Below, in pieces: positions 46,765 to 55,863 of a DNA stretch of 64,000 nt. Under the pieces are notes generated by a model. The model searched no databases, was not told the DNA's origin, and saw only the letters and a program-made list of their open reading frames with translations. How positions within the stretch are numbered: the first letter of the stretch is position 1; the number at the start of each line of letters is the position of its first letter. The DNA is from a virus, in IMG/VR virus record IMGVR_UViG_3300032897_000001, positions 36,795 to 100,794 of that record. The stretch is one strand, 5' to 3'. Made by a program: the position numbers and the translations under genes.

Positions 46765-46868
46765 GTGTGTTGGCGCGGTTATCTCAACCCGTGTGCCACA
46801 TAACGGCGGGTGAAATTACGTGGCACGCACCTGGAGAAGTACCTGGGGAGACTACCGCGCCAACACAC
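46765..46868 (-). ncRNA. Rod-like structured RNA/inverted repeat upstream of the sugar cluster
   Basis: Perfect 15-bp arms 46765-46779/46854-46868; inner 12-bp stem with G-U pairs that form on the minus strand. Confidence 0.6.
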
Positions 46869-46908
46869 CCGAACCGTCGCATGTTTTGGGCAACGTAGTA
46901 AAGCCCCT

Positions 46909-47343
46909 TCAACCAACATATGGATACCAAGGACTCACCGGGCGCCGCGGTCCGCGGAGATATCGCATGGTGCGATAAGGTGCCGCGGCTGCCCAATATG
47001 CCGAACCATACTTGGTTTGCTGCCACCACTGCGGCGTTCCCGGGGGATAACTGTTTTCGGTAGAAACCGAAACCGATCCTTCAGACGCATTGGAAATGCG
47101 TCCAACGATACTGGATACGGGTTCGGTATTCGTACCGAAATACAGTTTTGCCAAGTGCGCCACGACTTGCCACAAGAACACGGTTTGAGCCTGTACACTT
47201 GATACAGGTCCAGTGCCGTCGTTCCTGTGATAGATCGTCGCTTCGTTGAAAAGCATCGTCGCAGTTGGCGCCAGCACCGTCGTAGAAAACTCCGGATATC
47301 GGGCAATCCACCCTGTGTAATCAAACGCAATCGTGACGCCCAT
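46909..47343 (-). CDS. Head-tail adaptor, DUF4054 family
   Basis: F...YPEF, AH.A.L, VGRIS.ASEGSVSVS, W.QT.YG..YW. Confidence 0.88.
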   Translation of the reverse strand: MGVTIAFDYTGWIARYPEFSTTVLAPTATMLFNEATIYHRNDGTGPVSSVQAQTVFLWQVVAHLAKLYFGTNTEPVSSIVGRISNASEGSVSVSTENSYPPGTPQWWQQTKYGSAYWAAAAPYRTMRYLRGPRRPVSPWYPYVG

Positions 47344-47347
47344 GGCT

Positions 47348-47887
47348 TTATGCCCTGCTCTCCGCAGGCTGGATGCCGCGCGGCAATCGTGACGTGTCGA
47401 GAGGTTCCAAACCAGTCAACAAAGATTCATTGGAGCGACAATGTGCTTCAACGTCTTCCATTGATCGGTGCGCGAAAATCAATTCGCGTTCAACGATATC
47501 CGAGTCCTTGTTCTGTTCTCGCCACTGTTCCCAGAAATCCTCGGGAATGCCCGACGTGAGTGCATAACGGCCAACCAGTAGAAACTGCGGAATCTGCCCG
47601 AACGCTACCGATGTGCCGCGGATCGTGTATTTCTTGCCAACCTTGCGGTAGACCATGACATCACGCTGTCCGCCGCCCATGACGGGTTCGTGCGTCTTCT
47701 CTGCCTGACAAAGCTGTAAAATAACACCCTGTGGCAGTTTGCAAGCCACTACGACGGTTCCCGATGCACTGCGCGTCGTAAGCCGCACATCCTCCCCGGC
47801 AACACCACTGGCCCCGGAATTCGGCGTAGGCCGCACCGTCGGTTCATTGTCTGCGCCCCGTCCCAAAGGCCGCGGAGTTATTGCCAT
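47348..47887 (-). CDS. Conserved head-module protein downstream of the MCP
   Basis: VACKLP.G..L, FWE.W, IFA, TGLEPLD. Confidence 0.75.
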   Translation of the reverse strand: MAITPRPLGRGADNEPTVRPTPNSGASGVAGEDVRLTTRSASGTVVVACKLPQGVILQLCQAEKTHEPVMGGGQRDVMVYRKVGKKYTIRGTSVAFGQIPQFLLVGRYALTSGIPEDFWEQWREQNKDSDIVERELIFAHRSMEDVEAHCRSNESLLTGLEPLDTSRLPRGIQPAESRA

Positions 47888-47911
47888 GCTTGTACTCCTA
47901 TATAATACTTG

Positions 47912-49003
47912 TTACACGCCAATCATGCTGGCAATAGCGAACGGCTGTCGGATCACAGCACCCCAAGTCCCCGCAAGAACCTTCTGGCGGAAACTGGACA
48001 GATGGCGCACGATAGGCTGTGCGTGCATCTTTTCGTTATATGCACAGTAACCAGTAATCTGTCCCTCAATTTCTTCCGCGATCAACTGGACAAGGTTTCC
48101 GGCAGACTGTCCCTGTGGGTTCGATGTAGAAGTGGTTCCGTACTGAACCGCTGTCTCGAATCTGATATTCGGGAAGTTCTTCTTCAACAGATCAAACACG
48201 TTCACATTGAACGTGTTCGTGAAAGTCAATGCGACTTCGGACTGTGGCGACATCGCAAGAACCAGCTTCGTATCGGCTTCAACCAATCCCTGGGTTTGGT
48301 TGATCAACTGATAAAAGATAGCCTGAATGTCTGCAAACACTTCGTTGGCAGTGGCATTGATGCTACCGCCCGCGGTAAACCAACGCGTGCCGCCTGCTGC
48401 CTTGGTGGCAGGCGTAATGCTCGAATTCAGCGCAGGATCGTTCAACAGACCATAGTTCTGCAATCCGCCGACGCCAAAGAAATATGTCAGGTTGGAGAAC
48501 TTGTTGAGCACTGTCGCCGCGCCCTGGTCAATTTCGCTAACCCAATTGATGCGCGCCAAACCCGCGCGTTCCAGTTCGCGATCGCCATATTCCTTGATGG
48601 TCTGGAATAGGTACGACTGACGCTGGGGCCAGTTGGTGTTGACGTTAGCGCGGCCATTTTCGGCAAAGTCGCCATAAGACGACACTTCACCGGTATGTTC
48701 GATCGTGGGGAACATGGCAGTTTCGTCAAGCCACGTTCCCTTCCGAACCTCACCGAAGATCACCGCTGCCCGGTTGGGAGCAAACAGGATCTTAAACACG
48801 GCAGGATCAATCATGGTCGTGAGGAATTGCGGAACGGCAGAGTTTGACTGCGTTGCCAAAACAGGCAACGCGTCAATCGCCAAATCGTAGTTCCGCTTGA
48901 ATTCCTCCGGCATGTAGGTTATGACATCCGGAAGGGAAACGCCCATCGCTGCGAGATGGGCAGCGTCCGCGGCGAACGCGGCCTGGGCTTCTTGCAAATT
49001 CAT
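47912..49003 (-). CDS. Major capsid protein (DUF2184 / HK97 fold)
   Basis: IFGEVRKG.W, E.TGEV.SYGD, RQSY.FQT...YG.RE, YGLLNDP, GTWGA.IR.P. Confidence 0.9.
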   Translation of the reverse strand: MNLQEAQAAFAADAAHLAAMGVSLPDVITYMPEEFKRNYDLAIDALPVLATQSNSAVPQFLTTMIDPAVFKILFAPNRAAVIFGEVRKGTWLDETAMFPTIEHTGEVSSYGDFAENGRANVNTNWPQRQSYLFQTIKEYGDRELERAGLARINWVSEIDQGAATVLNKFSNLTYFFGVGGLQNYGLLNDPALNSSITPATKAAGGTRWFTAGGSINATANEVFADIQAIFYQLINQTQGLVEADTKLVLAMSPQSEVALTFTNTFNVNVFDLLKKNFPNIRFETAVQYGTTSTSNPQGQSAGNLVQLIAEEIEGQITGYCAYNEKMHAQPIVRHLSSFRQKVLAGTWGAVIRQPFAIASMIGV

Positions 49004-49020
49004 TTTTATTCTCCCTTGCC

Positions 49021-49995
49021 TTAACCGTAGATCCAACTCGTAATCTTTACGAGTTCGCCGGTTGCACCTGTTGACACAGCAATGTATTTCGTCTGAACGT
49101 TGGTCGCCGCAGTGATCGTTGAATTCAACGCAATAGTTTGCGTTGCGTTCAAGATGTACGTTCCTGCACCACCGGACCCGGTACCAAGTGCCGTGATAAT
49201 GGCTGGAACCATGCCAGATGCAGTTCCTGTTAACGTATCCCCGACACCTATGGTGCCTGTTACAGTTGCCGCTGTTAGCAACCCGTAGGACTCTGTTAGC
49301 AGCGCACTGGCAACGGACTGCTCTGCGATGCTCACAGCATACGTGCCAACACCACCCACTGTTCCCGTCAACTGGGAAACAATAGACGTGCCCGTGGCAA
49401 CGCCTGTGCCGCCTGAGAGCGTGCCGCCGACAACGATACTGCCACCACTCACGGTTCCCGTAACAGTCAGGACGGCTCCGGTAATCGAACCATTGAATGT
49501 CACAGTCTGCGGCCCGATACTGCCAGTAACAGTTGCCGCATTAAGCGTGCCTGATCCTGCGTCTGCTGCTGTTTGCGTACCGGCACCAAAAACCACGGAA
49601 CCATCCGCATAATTGGCAAACGCGAACATGCCCGGAGTCGCGGTTGTTGCACCGGCATTCCGGACGAAAAACCCACCCGAGATAAACAACGTGACCGGGA
49701 ATCCCGCAGGAACCAGCATGCTGTATTCTTGCAGATACTGCGTGATAAGTCCCTGCTGTTCCCGATGGACAAATCCGCTGGGAACGCCTGTACCATTGTT
49801 TGACACAGATGCGGGCGCACCTTCGGTGTCGATTTGCGTATTATTCACCCACGCAAAACGACCAACGGTGACACCTGCCGGACCTGCTACAAGACCACCT
49901 GCACCAGCCTGCAAGGTTGCCCGGGGATTTGCGTCACAGAAATCACCTGCAACAGCAATCGCCGGCTGAACATAGACTTGATTGGGAAAAGGCAT
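49021..49995 (-). CDS. Capsid decoration/cement protein with inserted repeat domain
   Basis: PA.AVAGDF..ANP, L.AG..GV.VGRFAW, GFVHR.QQ.LIT.YL, G.LVKI; directly upstream of the MCP. Confidence 0.8.
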   Translation of the reverse strand: MPFPNQVYVQPAIAVAGDFCDANPRATLQAGAGGLVAGPAGVTVGRFAWVNNTQIDTEGAPASVSNNGTGVPSGFVHREQQGLITQYLQEYSMLVPAGFPVTLFISGGFFVRNAGATTATPGMFAFANYADGSVVFGAGTQTAADAGSGTLNAATVTGSIGPQTVTFNGSITGAVLTVTGTVSGGSIVVGGTLSGGTGVATGTSIVSQLTGTVGGVGTYAVSIAEQSVASALLTESYGLLTAATVTGTIGVGDTLTGTASGMVPAIITALGTGSGGAGTYILNATQTIALNSTITAATNVQTKYIAVSTGATGELVKITSWIYG

Positions 49996-50010
49996 TTTTC
50001 TAGCCTCCTA

Positions 50011-51009
50011 TTACGTAAGACGAATACGCGCGGCATCCGGAAACCGCTTCATGAAGTTACTGGATTCGCTACCGCCAGAATCGGCCGCGACCATTGCTGC
50101 ACGCGAATCCCGTTTCGCACCGGGCTTCGGCTGCATATTCAAGAGATGCGGCAACGCGCTGGGATGCACCTTGTCGATATTGCGTACACCACGCATCTTG
50201 AGTGCCTGCCGATAGACTTGCTCCGCAGAGTCAAACGACATATTCAACTGCCCAACCCAAGGCTGGACAAAGCGCTCTGCCTCACGAATATCCCGCTCAT
50301 TGCGTCGGACGGTCTCAGTAGAAGCGCGAAGCGCGGCTTCCATCTCTTCGCGGGTAACAGTATCCCCGGCCATCTTTCCACCGGTACGCGGCGAACCTCG
50401 AAACTTCATCGGCTGATCCGTTGCCTGCTTCCCCATGGAACCGCGGCGCCATTCCTTCTCATGATAAGGTTCTGTGATATCCGCAGCGCCCAGCTTCTCT
50501 AGTTGTGCCTCTCCCTCAGCATGATCGGGAGCCATTTCCTCTTCTTCTTCCTCTTCTTCTTCCTCTTCTTCGGCACCGCTGAGCATCCGCAATACGTGGT
50601 GCAAATCAGCTTCAGATAGCTTATCCTTTAGGAAACCCTCAACAGCCGACATCGGATCAGCGTCCATCACATCCGGCTCGGCAAACTTTTCGCCGATATC
50701 CTTGACAGGCTTTTCCATTTCTTCGGGCATTTCGTCATTCTCGTTAAGTGGATCGCCGTGCGCGTCCAACATGTCGAGAAATTCCGCGACTTCCCCAAGT
50801 GTAGTATCAATCGCAATCTTGCCGCGGCAAGCACGATCAATACGCCGAAGAATGTCACCCTTTTTTGAGCCGAAATTCTTTGCTGTAATATCGGCGAACA
50901 CAGGTAGCAAATTCAAACTGGCATCTTGTGCCAGTCGCGGGCGCAAAAACGCAGCCGTGGCGCACACAGCAATTGCGCCCTGACGCGTCAAACTATACTT
51001 GTTCTTCAT
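50011..51009 (-). CDS. Scaffolding protein
   Basis: Acidic with poly-Glu; AERFV.PWVG..FDSA..VYR.AL..G; between protease and decoration genes. Confidence 0.75.
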   Translation of the reverse strand: MKNKYSLTRQGAIAVCATAAFLRPRLAQDASLNLLPVFADITAKNFGSKKGDILRRIDRACRGKIAIDTTLGEVAEFLDMLDAHGDPLNENDEMPEEMEKPVKDIGEKFAEPDVMDADPMSAVEGFLKDKLSEADLHHVLRMLSGAEEEEEEEEEEEEMAPDHAEGEAQLEKLGAADITEPYHEKEWRRGSMGKQATDQPMKFRGSPRTGGKMAGDTVTREEMEAALRASTETVRRNERDIREAERFVQPWVGQLNMSFDSAEQVYRQALKMRGVRNIDKVHPSALPHLLNMQPKPGAKRDSRAAMVAADSGGSESSNFMKRFPDAARIRLT

Positions 51010-51023
51010 CAGAACGTTCTCCT

Positions 51024-52586
51024 TTATTCGCCAACTGCTACGTCAGCACCTGCCCTACCTTCTTTCACTAGGGCGACGTGATTTCCATGGATGTTTCGCA
51101 TAACGCCATCATACCTCTGTCCCTCGTGTGTGCCTGGCGTCATGTCTGGATCATAGTGATAGCCACACGAGATTTCTTTCTGCTCTCCGGCTTCTATGCG
51201 AGATATAGCGTCGCCATCCCACACACGAAGACTGTTGCGAAGATACGGCGCCTGAAACACCGCATCGGAGCCTGTTGTCCCGACAACAAATTGTTTGGAA
51301 GTTTCTGCATAATCTTCCGCAAACACAGGAACATGTTTGCTCAACAGCGGAAGATTATTGAAGGTGTCTGCGGCCTTTTTCAATTCCACAGGATCACGAA
51401 GAAGTTGATAAACTTGGTTTGGGTTTAACTTCAACTGCTCATATCCTGGGATTTCTCTGCCAATATAAGGACAAATGTTTGCTTTGCTGATATTGGTTAT
51501 CTCTACAATCAAATGTCCGTCTTGCGTTTTTTCCCGGACCGACGCACGATCAAAGGCCAGCCTATCATCCCCAGCTAACCTAGCTTCTATCGCCTCTCCC
51601 CGCTTATCGTATCTGTGCCCGTCAACCTTGCTCACACCCACCGCACACCAATCATTGGCATCAAGCGGCGCCACCACTTTTTCGCATTCATTCTCACCGC
51701 GAAAAGCCTTGCACGTGCCGCAGCGATCGCGGCCTTTTGCAGGGCGGAAATCCACGGCTTCATGCGAAAGTTTGGCTGTGTCCTTGCCCACATCAGCAAC
51801 AGATTCCTGCACTTCCTCCGAGGAAGGTTTCGCGGGTTCCGGTTCTTTGTCCGTGTCGCCCTGTCCTAACATCCCCGTAGCAGGGAAATAGTCCGATTCC
51901 TTCCAGTCGTCTGCGGCACCCAACTTCCTGCTATAAAAAGCATCCATTGTCGTTGTGTTGAACCGCCGTGCCTTGGAAGACTCCTTAAGTGCGCCACGAA
52001 CACCACCACGGGAAAACGATTCATTAATCGCACGGTGATTCCCGCCCAACAACGGCTCCGGTGGATATTTGATAGTATCGCGAAGCTGTCTCTTAGAAGC
52101 TGTGTTTGCGGCCATTTCATCCAACGCAATCTTAGATAATGTCTTAGCTAATCCCGGGTGTAACGGGGAAGGTGGTGCATCAACTGGCGCCCACATATAG
52201 CTTGTGTGTTCTTCATTCAACTTGGGAGTACAAGCACGGCGAATGCTGACACGGTATGTGCGATAATCAATGCCTTCGGGATTGGCGCTGTGGTCAATCT
52301 CTTCTGGCAGTCTCTCGCGTTCTTTCAAAACAAAACCCGTTTCCTCTCGCAACTCCCGTATAACGGCTGCAAGAGGCGTTTCCCCGAGTTCCACCTTACC
52401 CCCGGGGATGCTCCACTCCCCCGGATGATCACCTATTGCGCTGCGCTTTACAAAAAGGACTTTATCATCGGGTGTCGTCAACAAGACGCCCGCAGCATGT
52501 ACAAGTTTATCTTGTGCGCTCTGCCGACGCTTCCCCAGGGGGATGGCGCTGTTTGGTGACAACGCCATTCCAAGCATTTGAGCCAT
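51024..52586 (-). CDS. Prohead protease (DUF2213) fused to N-terminal Nudix and HiPIP-like Cys4 domains
   Basis: Nudix box [22 protein letters not shown]; C-x2-C-x8-C-x11-WC; DUF2213 motifs NISKAN.CPY.G.EIP, EISCGY, GNHVALV..GRAG. Confidence 0.85.
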   Translation of the reverse strand: MAQMLGMALSPNSAIPLGKRRQSAQDKLVHAAGVLLTTPDDKVLFVKRSAIGDHPGEWSIPGGKVELGETPLAAVIRELREETGFVLKERERLPEEIDHSANPEGIDYRTYRVSIRRACTPKLNEEHTSYMWAPVDAPPSPLHPGLAKTLSKIALDEMAANTASKRQLRDTIKYPPEPLLGGNHRAINESFSRGGVRGALKESSKARRFNTTTMDAFYSRKLGAADDWKESDYFPATGMLGQGDTDKEPEPAKPSSEEVQESVADVGKDTAKLSHEAVDFRPAKGRDRCGTCKAFRGENECEKVVAPLDANDWCAVGVSKVDGHRYDKRGEAIEARLAGDDRLAFDRASVREKTQDGHLIVEITNISKANICPYIGREIPGYEQLKLNPNQVYQLLRDPVELKKAADTFNNLPLLSKHVPVFAEDYAETSKQFVVGTTGSDAVFQAPYLRNSLRVWDGDAISRIEAGEQKEISCGYHYDPDMTPGTHEGQRYDGVMRNIHGNHVALVKEGRAGADVAVGE

Positions 52587-52596
52587 GAATAATTCA

Positions 52597-53385
52597 TCAG
52601 TTCATTGCATTTACTTCAACGAAGTTCAATGTAATGTCATTGGCTAACGTTGTTGCGTTGCCTGTAATTGCAATGGTGATTGCAGCATTCTCCACAGCCG
52701 TGATTAACGTTGGCACCAGCAACGGCGTAACTAGGTTTCCTACCTGTGCCTGCTGATGAATACCGATCTGAGTGTTAGACCCGAGTGCACCATACTTGAA
52801 GACATTGGCTTGAACAGACCAGCCACTTCCACCAGTCGTAACCGTTCCCGTATCGGCAACAGTGGTCCCGCCTCCAAGTGTTCCGCCCACAGTTACAGTT
52901 GACGGATTGAAGATGATCTTCACACGCTTGTTGTTCGCCGTAGAACCCAATGAACCCTGTGCTGTGATCGTAATCCCGCGCCCGGTAGCGTCGAATGAAT
53001 TGGCAGGCAGCGCATATACCGCCAACACGTAATCAGCACCGGTGCCGCCACACACCGTACCTGTAGCGAAAATCTGACGGTTCACGTTGCCTTCTGCAGC
53101 AATTAATGCTGAACCGTTGCCGAATTGCGTTACCTCTGTATTCGGGTTAGACCCGCCATTGAGGTAATCCGCACCGCCATAAATCCACGTCGCGGAACCC
53201 TGCGTGTTACCATAACATTCCCACCAACGCAGTGCGCCTGCCGTAGCATTGAACCAAACCGATCCGACCACCATTCCTTGCGAGGAATCCTGCGTCGGAC
53301 CTGGATCAGCCGTTCCGGACAACTGCGACAAAATAGAGATTTTGCCTTTGCCGCCCATGACTGCGTCAAGTACGTTGGTAGCCAT
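52597..53385 (-). CDS. Putative virion protein
   Basis: 262 aa, DP..T.DS..G..VGS.W.N motif, beta-rich. Confidence 0.7.
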   Translation of the reverse strand: MATNVLDAVMGGKGKISILSQLSGTADPGPTQDSSQGMVVGSVWFNATAGALRWWECYGNTQGSATWIYGGADYLNGGSNPNTEVTQFGNGSALIAAEGNVNRQIFATGTVCGGTGADYVLAVYALPANSFDATGRGITITAQGSLGSTANNKRVKIIFNPSTVTVGGTLGGGTTVADTGTVTTGGSGWSVQANVFKYGALGSNTQIGIHQQAQVGNLVTPLLVPTLITAVENAAITIAITGNATTLANDITLNFVEVNAMN

Positions 53386-53397
53386 ATAACAACTCCC

Positions 53398-53640
53398 CTA
53401 TCCGGTAAACTTTGTGATCGATTCGACGCGCACAACTTCAATGTCTGCAGCGTCACCCGTCGTCAACCAATTGGTCAGCGCTGCCTGATTTGGAAATTGC
53501 CGCATGAACGGCGAATTAGTTGATGTTCTCGTGCCAACCAGGAGCACAGCGGCTGTCTCTACAATCCCTTTAGCAGTAGCAGACGCCTGGGCTGTTGCTA
53601 TACGCGACGTGTGTTCCGCAGATGTTTTTACGCTTACCAT
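53398..53640 (-). CDS. Small hypothetical protein
   Basis: 80 aa, GAGG RBS. Confidence 0.65.
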   Translation of the reverse strand: MVSVKTSAEHTSRIATAQASATAKGIVETAAVLLVGTRTSTNSPFMRQFPNQAALTNWLTTGDAADIEVVRVESITKFTG

Positions 53641-53648
53641 TTCTGTCC

Positions 53649-53870
53649 TCAGTACTTCTTAAACAACGTTAGCTGTGCGATGACGTATTTTCCCAGCGGT
53701 CCCGGTGCCGTCATGATATTTGCTTCAAAACCAGCCTCCCGCATTTCATCAAGCAATGCGAGCAACGGTTCATGTGCATCAACAAGGCGCCTCTTGAAGT
53801 CGTCTGCAAGTTCTGCGTCGGTACGCCCGGGGACTAGGGAGATAATTTTGGGTGCGATGTCGTTGTTCAT
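53649..53870 (-). CDS. Small hypothetical protein
   Basis: 73 aa, GAGG RBS. Confidence 0.65.
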   Translation of the reverse strand: MNNDIAPKIISLVPGRTDAELADDFKRRLVDAHEPLLALLDEMREAGFEANIMTAPGPLGKYVIAQLTLFKKY

Positions 53871-53913
53871 AGGGCAACCTCATTGCTTGACTTATCGTAA
53901 TTTGGCGATATAT

Positions 53914-54741
53914 CTAGGTGAATCCTGGAACAACAGATCTTCCAGTGCACCGACAATTTATAAGCTGTCCGGGGAAAATTTTTTTCTTCTCAACCGGGTC
54001 CCACATACCCTCAACCACGTTATACCGCTGTCCGTTCATTTTGACATGCTGCCAACGCGGCTTTTTACCAGCACTCGAATGCATCCAAACTGCTTCTTTA
54101 ATTCCTAATTCTATTTGTCGGGCGCGTTGTAACTGTGCGTGTACTTTGTTGTTCTGATCACGCGCAATCAGCGCCGCACGCCGCTTCGTTACCCCGTAAC
54201 GTCCGCGAATTTCCTTGGTAAGTGTGCCCAAGTCCCGCCCGGCTGCAGCACTTCGCATAACCAATCCTTCAACATCTGTCAGATATCTTTCGGGAATTGA
54301 TTTTATGAGCGACACACTTTCTTCTGTAGCAGCCGCGATGACATCCCGCTGTGCAGGCGTCATCTTGAATTCAACACTCATACCGCCGCGCTTCAATGCA
54401 GCACGAAGCGCCGCATCAGATCGATCGGATGCTGACTGCACAAACCAATTGCCGAGAAACTTGGAAAGATCCGTGAATTTCCGTCTCCAACGCTGTGTAA
54501 GCTTGCGCAGGGCGCGCGCTATCGCCACGACGGGTAATTCATCCTCTGCAAGTTCAGCCACTGCAGCGGCCATTTCTGGTTCATTGGCGCGCCATGCTGC
54601 CTTGATCCAATACAAAACGCTGTTCTGCATCTCGTCTATCAAAGCATAAAGTCGCTTTCGATATGCTGCCTCCAATCCTGCATTCGGGAATATCGGACGC
54701 AACACCTTTTCTTTTTTCTTTTTCGGATTCCGCGGCGGCAT
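53914..54741 (-). CDS. Minor head protein, MuF (SPP1 gp7) family
   Basis: LIKSIP..Y, RA.LIARDQ..K, W.HS..K.PR..H, PGQLINCRC. Confidence 0.9.
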   Translation of the reverse strand: MPPRNPKKKKEKVLRPIFPNAGLEAAYRKRLYALIDEMQNSVLYWIKAAWRANEPEMAAAVAELAEDELPVVAIARALRKLTQRWRRKFTDLSKFLGNWFVQSASDRSDAALRAALKRGGMSVEFKMTPAQRDVIAAATEESVSLIKSIPERYLTDVEGLVMRSAAAGRDLGTLTKEIRGRYGVTKRRAALIARDQNNKVHAQLQRARQIELGIKEAVWMHSSAGKKPRWQHVKMNGQRYNVVEGMWDPVEKKKIFPGQLINCRCTGRSVVPGFT

Positions 54742-54981
54742 CTATGCCACTGCTCCCCGCTCATGTGCTCCCGCACGCCTTGTCGCGGGCTTCCCGGGCC
54801 ATGCGAGCAAGTCCATGATTTCCGAGTCCCAGTTCACTTCTGCCCACGCTTCCAAAAAATCCTGGGGAATGTGGTTTGTTCCCGGGGAAATCTCAAAGAA
54901 CCTGCGATCGCTCATGAGCATCAAGCGAAATTTGCGTGGACACCGGGACAACACGCCAACCATTTCGACTTCTTCACTCAT
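54742..54981 (-). CDS. Small hypothetical protein
   Basis: 79 aa, coupled to its neighbours. Confidence 0.55.
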   Translation of the reverse strand: MSEEVEMVGVLSRCPRKFRLMLMSDRRFFEISPGTNHIPQDFLEAWAEVNWDSEIMDLLAWPGKPATRRAGAHERGAVA

Positions 54982-55169
54982 GACATGCGTCCCATCATGC
55001 CGCTTGTAGGAGGTTCAAAACTGGCCGTGAAGAACTGTTCCGCCAACGCACGCGCTTCTGAGAGTTTCATCATAAGCGTATCCCGTTGCAAACCGTGTGG
55101 GTGTGGCGCAACGACTGCCTCAGCAGCATCTATTCCCCGGGAAAACTCTTCAAGAGCCTGTGCACTCAC
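54978..55169 (-). CDS. Small hypothetical protein
   Basis: 63 aa, GTGA/ATGA coupling. Confidence 0.55.
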   Translation of the reverse strand: MSAQALEEFSRGIDAAEAVVAPHPHGLQRDTLMMKLSEARALAEQFFTASFEPPTSGMMGRMS

Positions 55170-55507
55170 CGGACGCGGTCCCTATCCCGTGCCGCGCCTC
55201 TCCCCGGGTTCCAAAATTCGGACGCGTCCAATTGCTTGATGTAATCGAATGCCTCTTGCTTGGTCGCGAACCGCTTCTCTGTGCCCTGCGGCCAAACGAC
55301 AACCAACCAAGGATCTTTCTCAATCGTATCGTATCGCAGATCAAGTCCAGCACTTGCGCTGGCATCTCCTACAAGTTTGCGCGTCGTCTTGGGCAATTCC
55401 GCATAATCAACATTGAACTTAAAGTCCGATGTCATTACGCGTTGGCGCTGTAAATAGTCCCGGGCACCTGCAAGATTTGAAGATCTTCCGCCGTAACGTC
55501 CTGCCAT
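55166..55507 (-). CDS. Small protein with MAGRYG leader (putative internal head protein)
   Basis: GGGAG RBS; shared leader. Confidence 0.6.
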   Translation of the reverse strand: MAGRYGGRSSNLAGARDYLQRQRVMTSDFKFNVDYAELPKTTRKLVGDASASAGLDLRYDTIEKDPWLVVVWPQGTEKRFATKQEAFDYIKQLDASEFWNPGRGAARDRDRVR

Positions 55508-55522
55508 CGCAGCAACTCCCAA

Positions 55523-55852
55523 TTATTTGGACTTCTTCTTTTTGGGCAGTTTGCCGCCCGGGTCCGCGGACGCAAATTCCTCGCCAACACTCTTTGGAAT
55601 GCCCAAATTTGAATGCCCACTTTTCGCGGCGAACATGGCGCGGCGCTGTGCTTCTGACACAGGCGGATCAGTTGCCATTCTTCGTTTGTCCTTGGCAGGT
55701 TTGCGCCGTGCTCCGGCAGACGCATACCAAAGGATTCCGGCTTCCTTGGCGGCACGTTTGGCCGCTTCGTATCCCTGTTCCTGATAAATCTTGTCGATTT
55801 CCTCGCGGGAAACTGCCGCATCAGCAGCCATTCGGCCAAATCGTCCTGCCAT
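55523..55852 (-). CDS. Small protein with MAGRFGRMAADA leader (putative internal head protein)
   Basis: Shared leader; P.SEAQRRAM.AA..G.S.LGIP..VG.EF motif; directly after the portal gene. Confidence 0.7.
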   Translation of the reverse strand: MAGRFGRMAADAAVSREEIDKIYQEQGYEAAKRAAKEAGILWYASAGARRKPAKDKRRMATDPPVSEAQRRAMFAAKSGHSNLGIPKSVGEEFASADPGGKLPKKKKSK

Positions 55853-55863
55853 CTAAATCCCCT

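Noticed and set aside
50537-50571. TCT/TCC trinucleotide run as a DNA-level repeat element
   Set aside because: It encodes the poly-Glu tract of the acidic scaffold protein; a similar tract occurs in the portal linker
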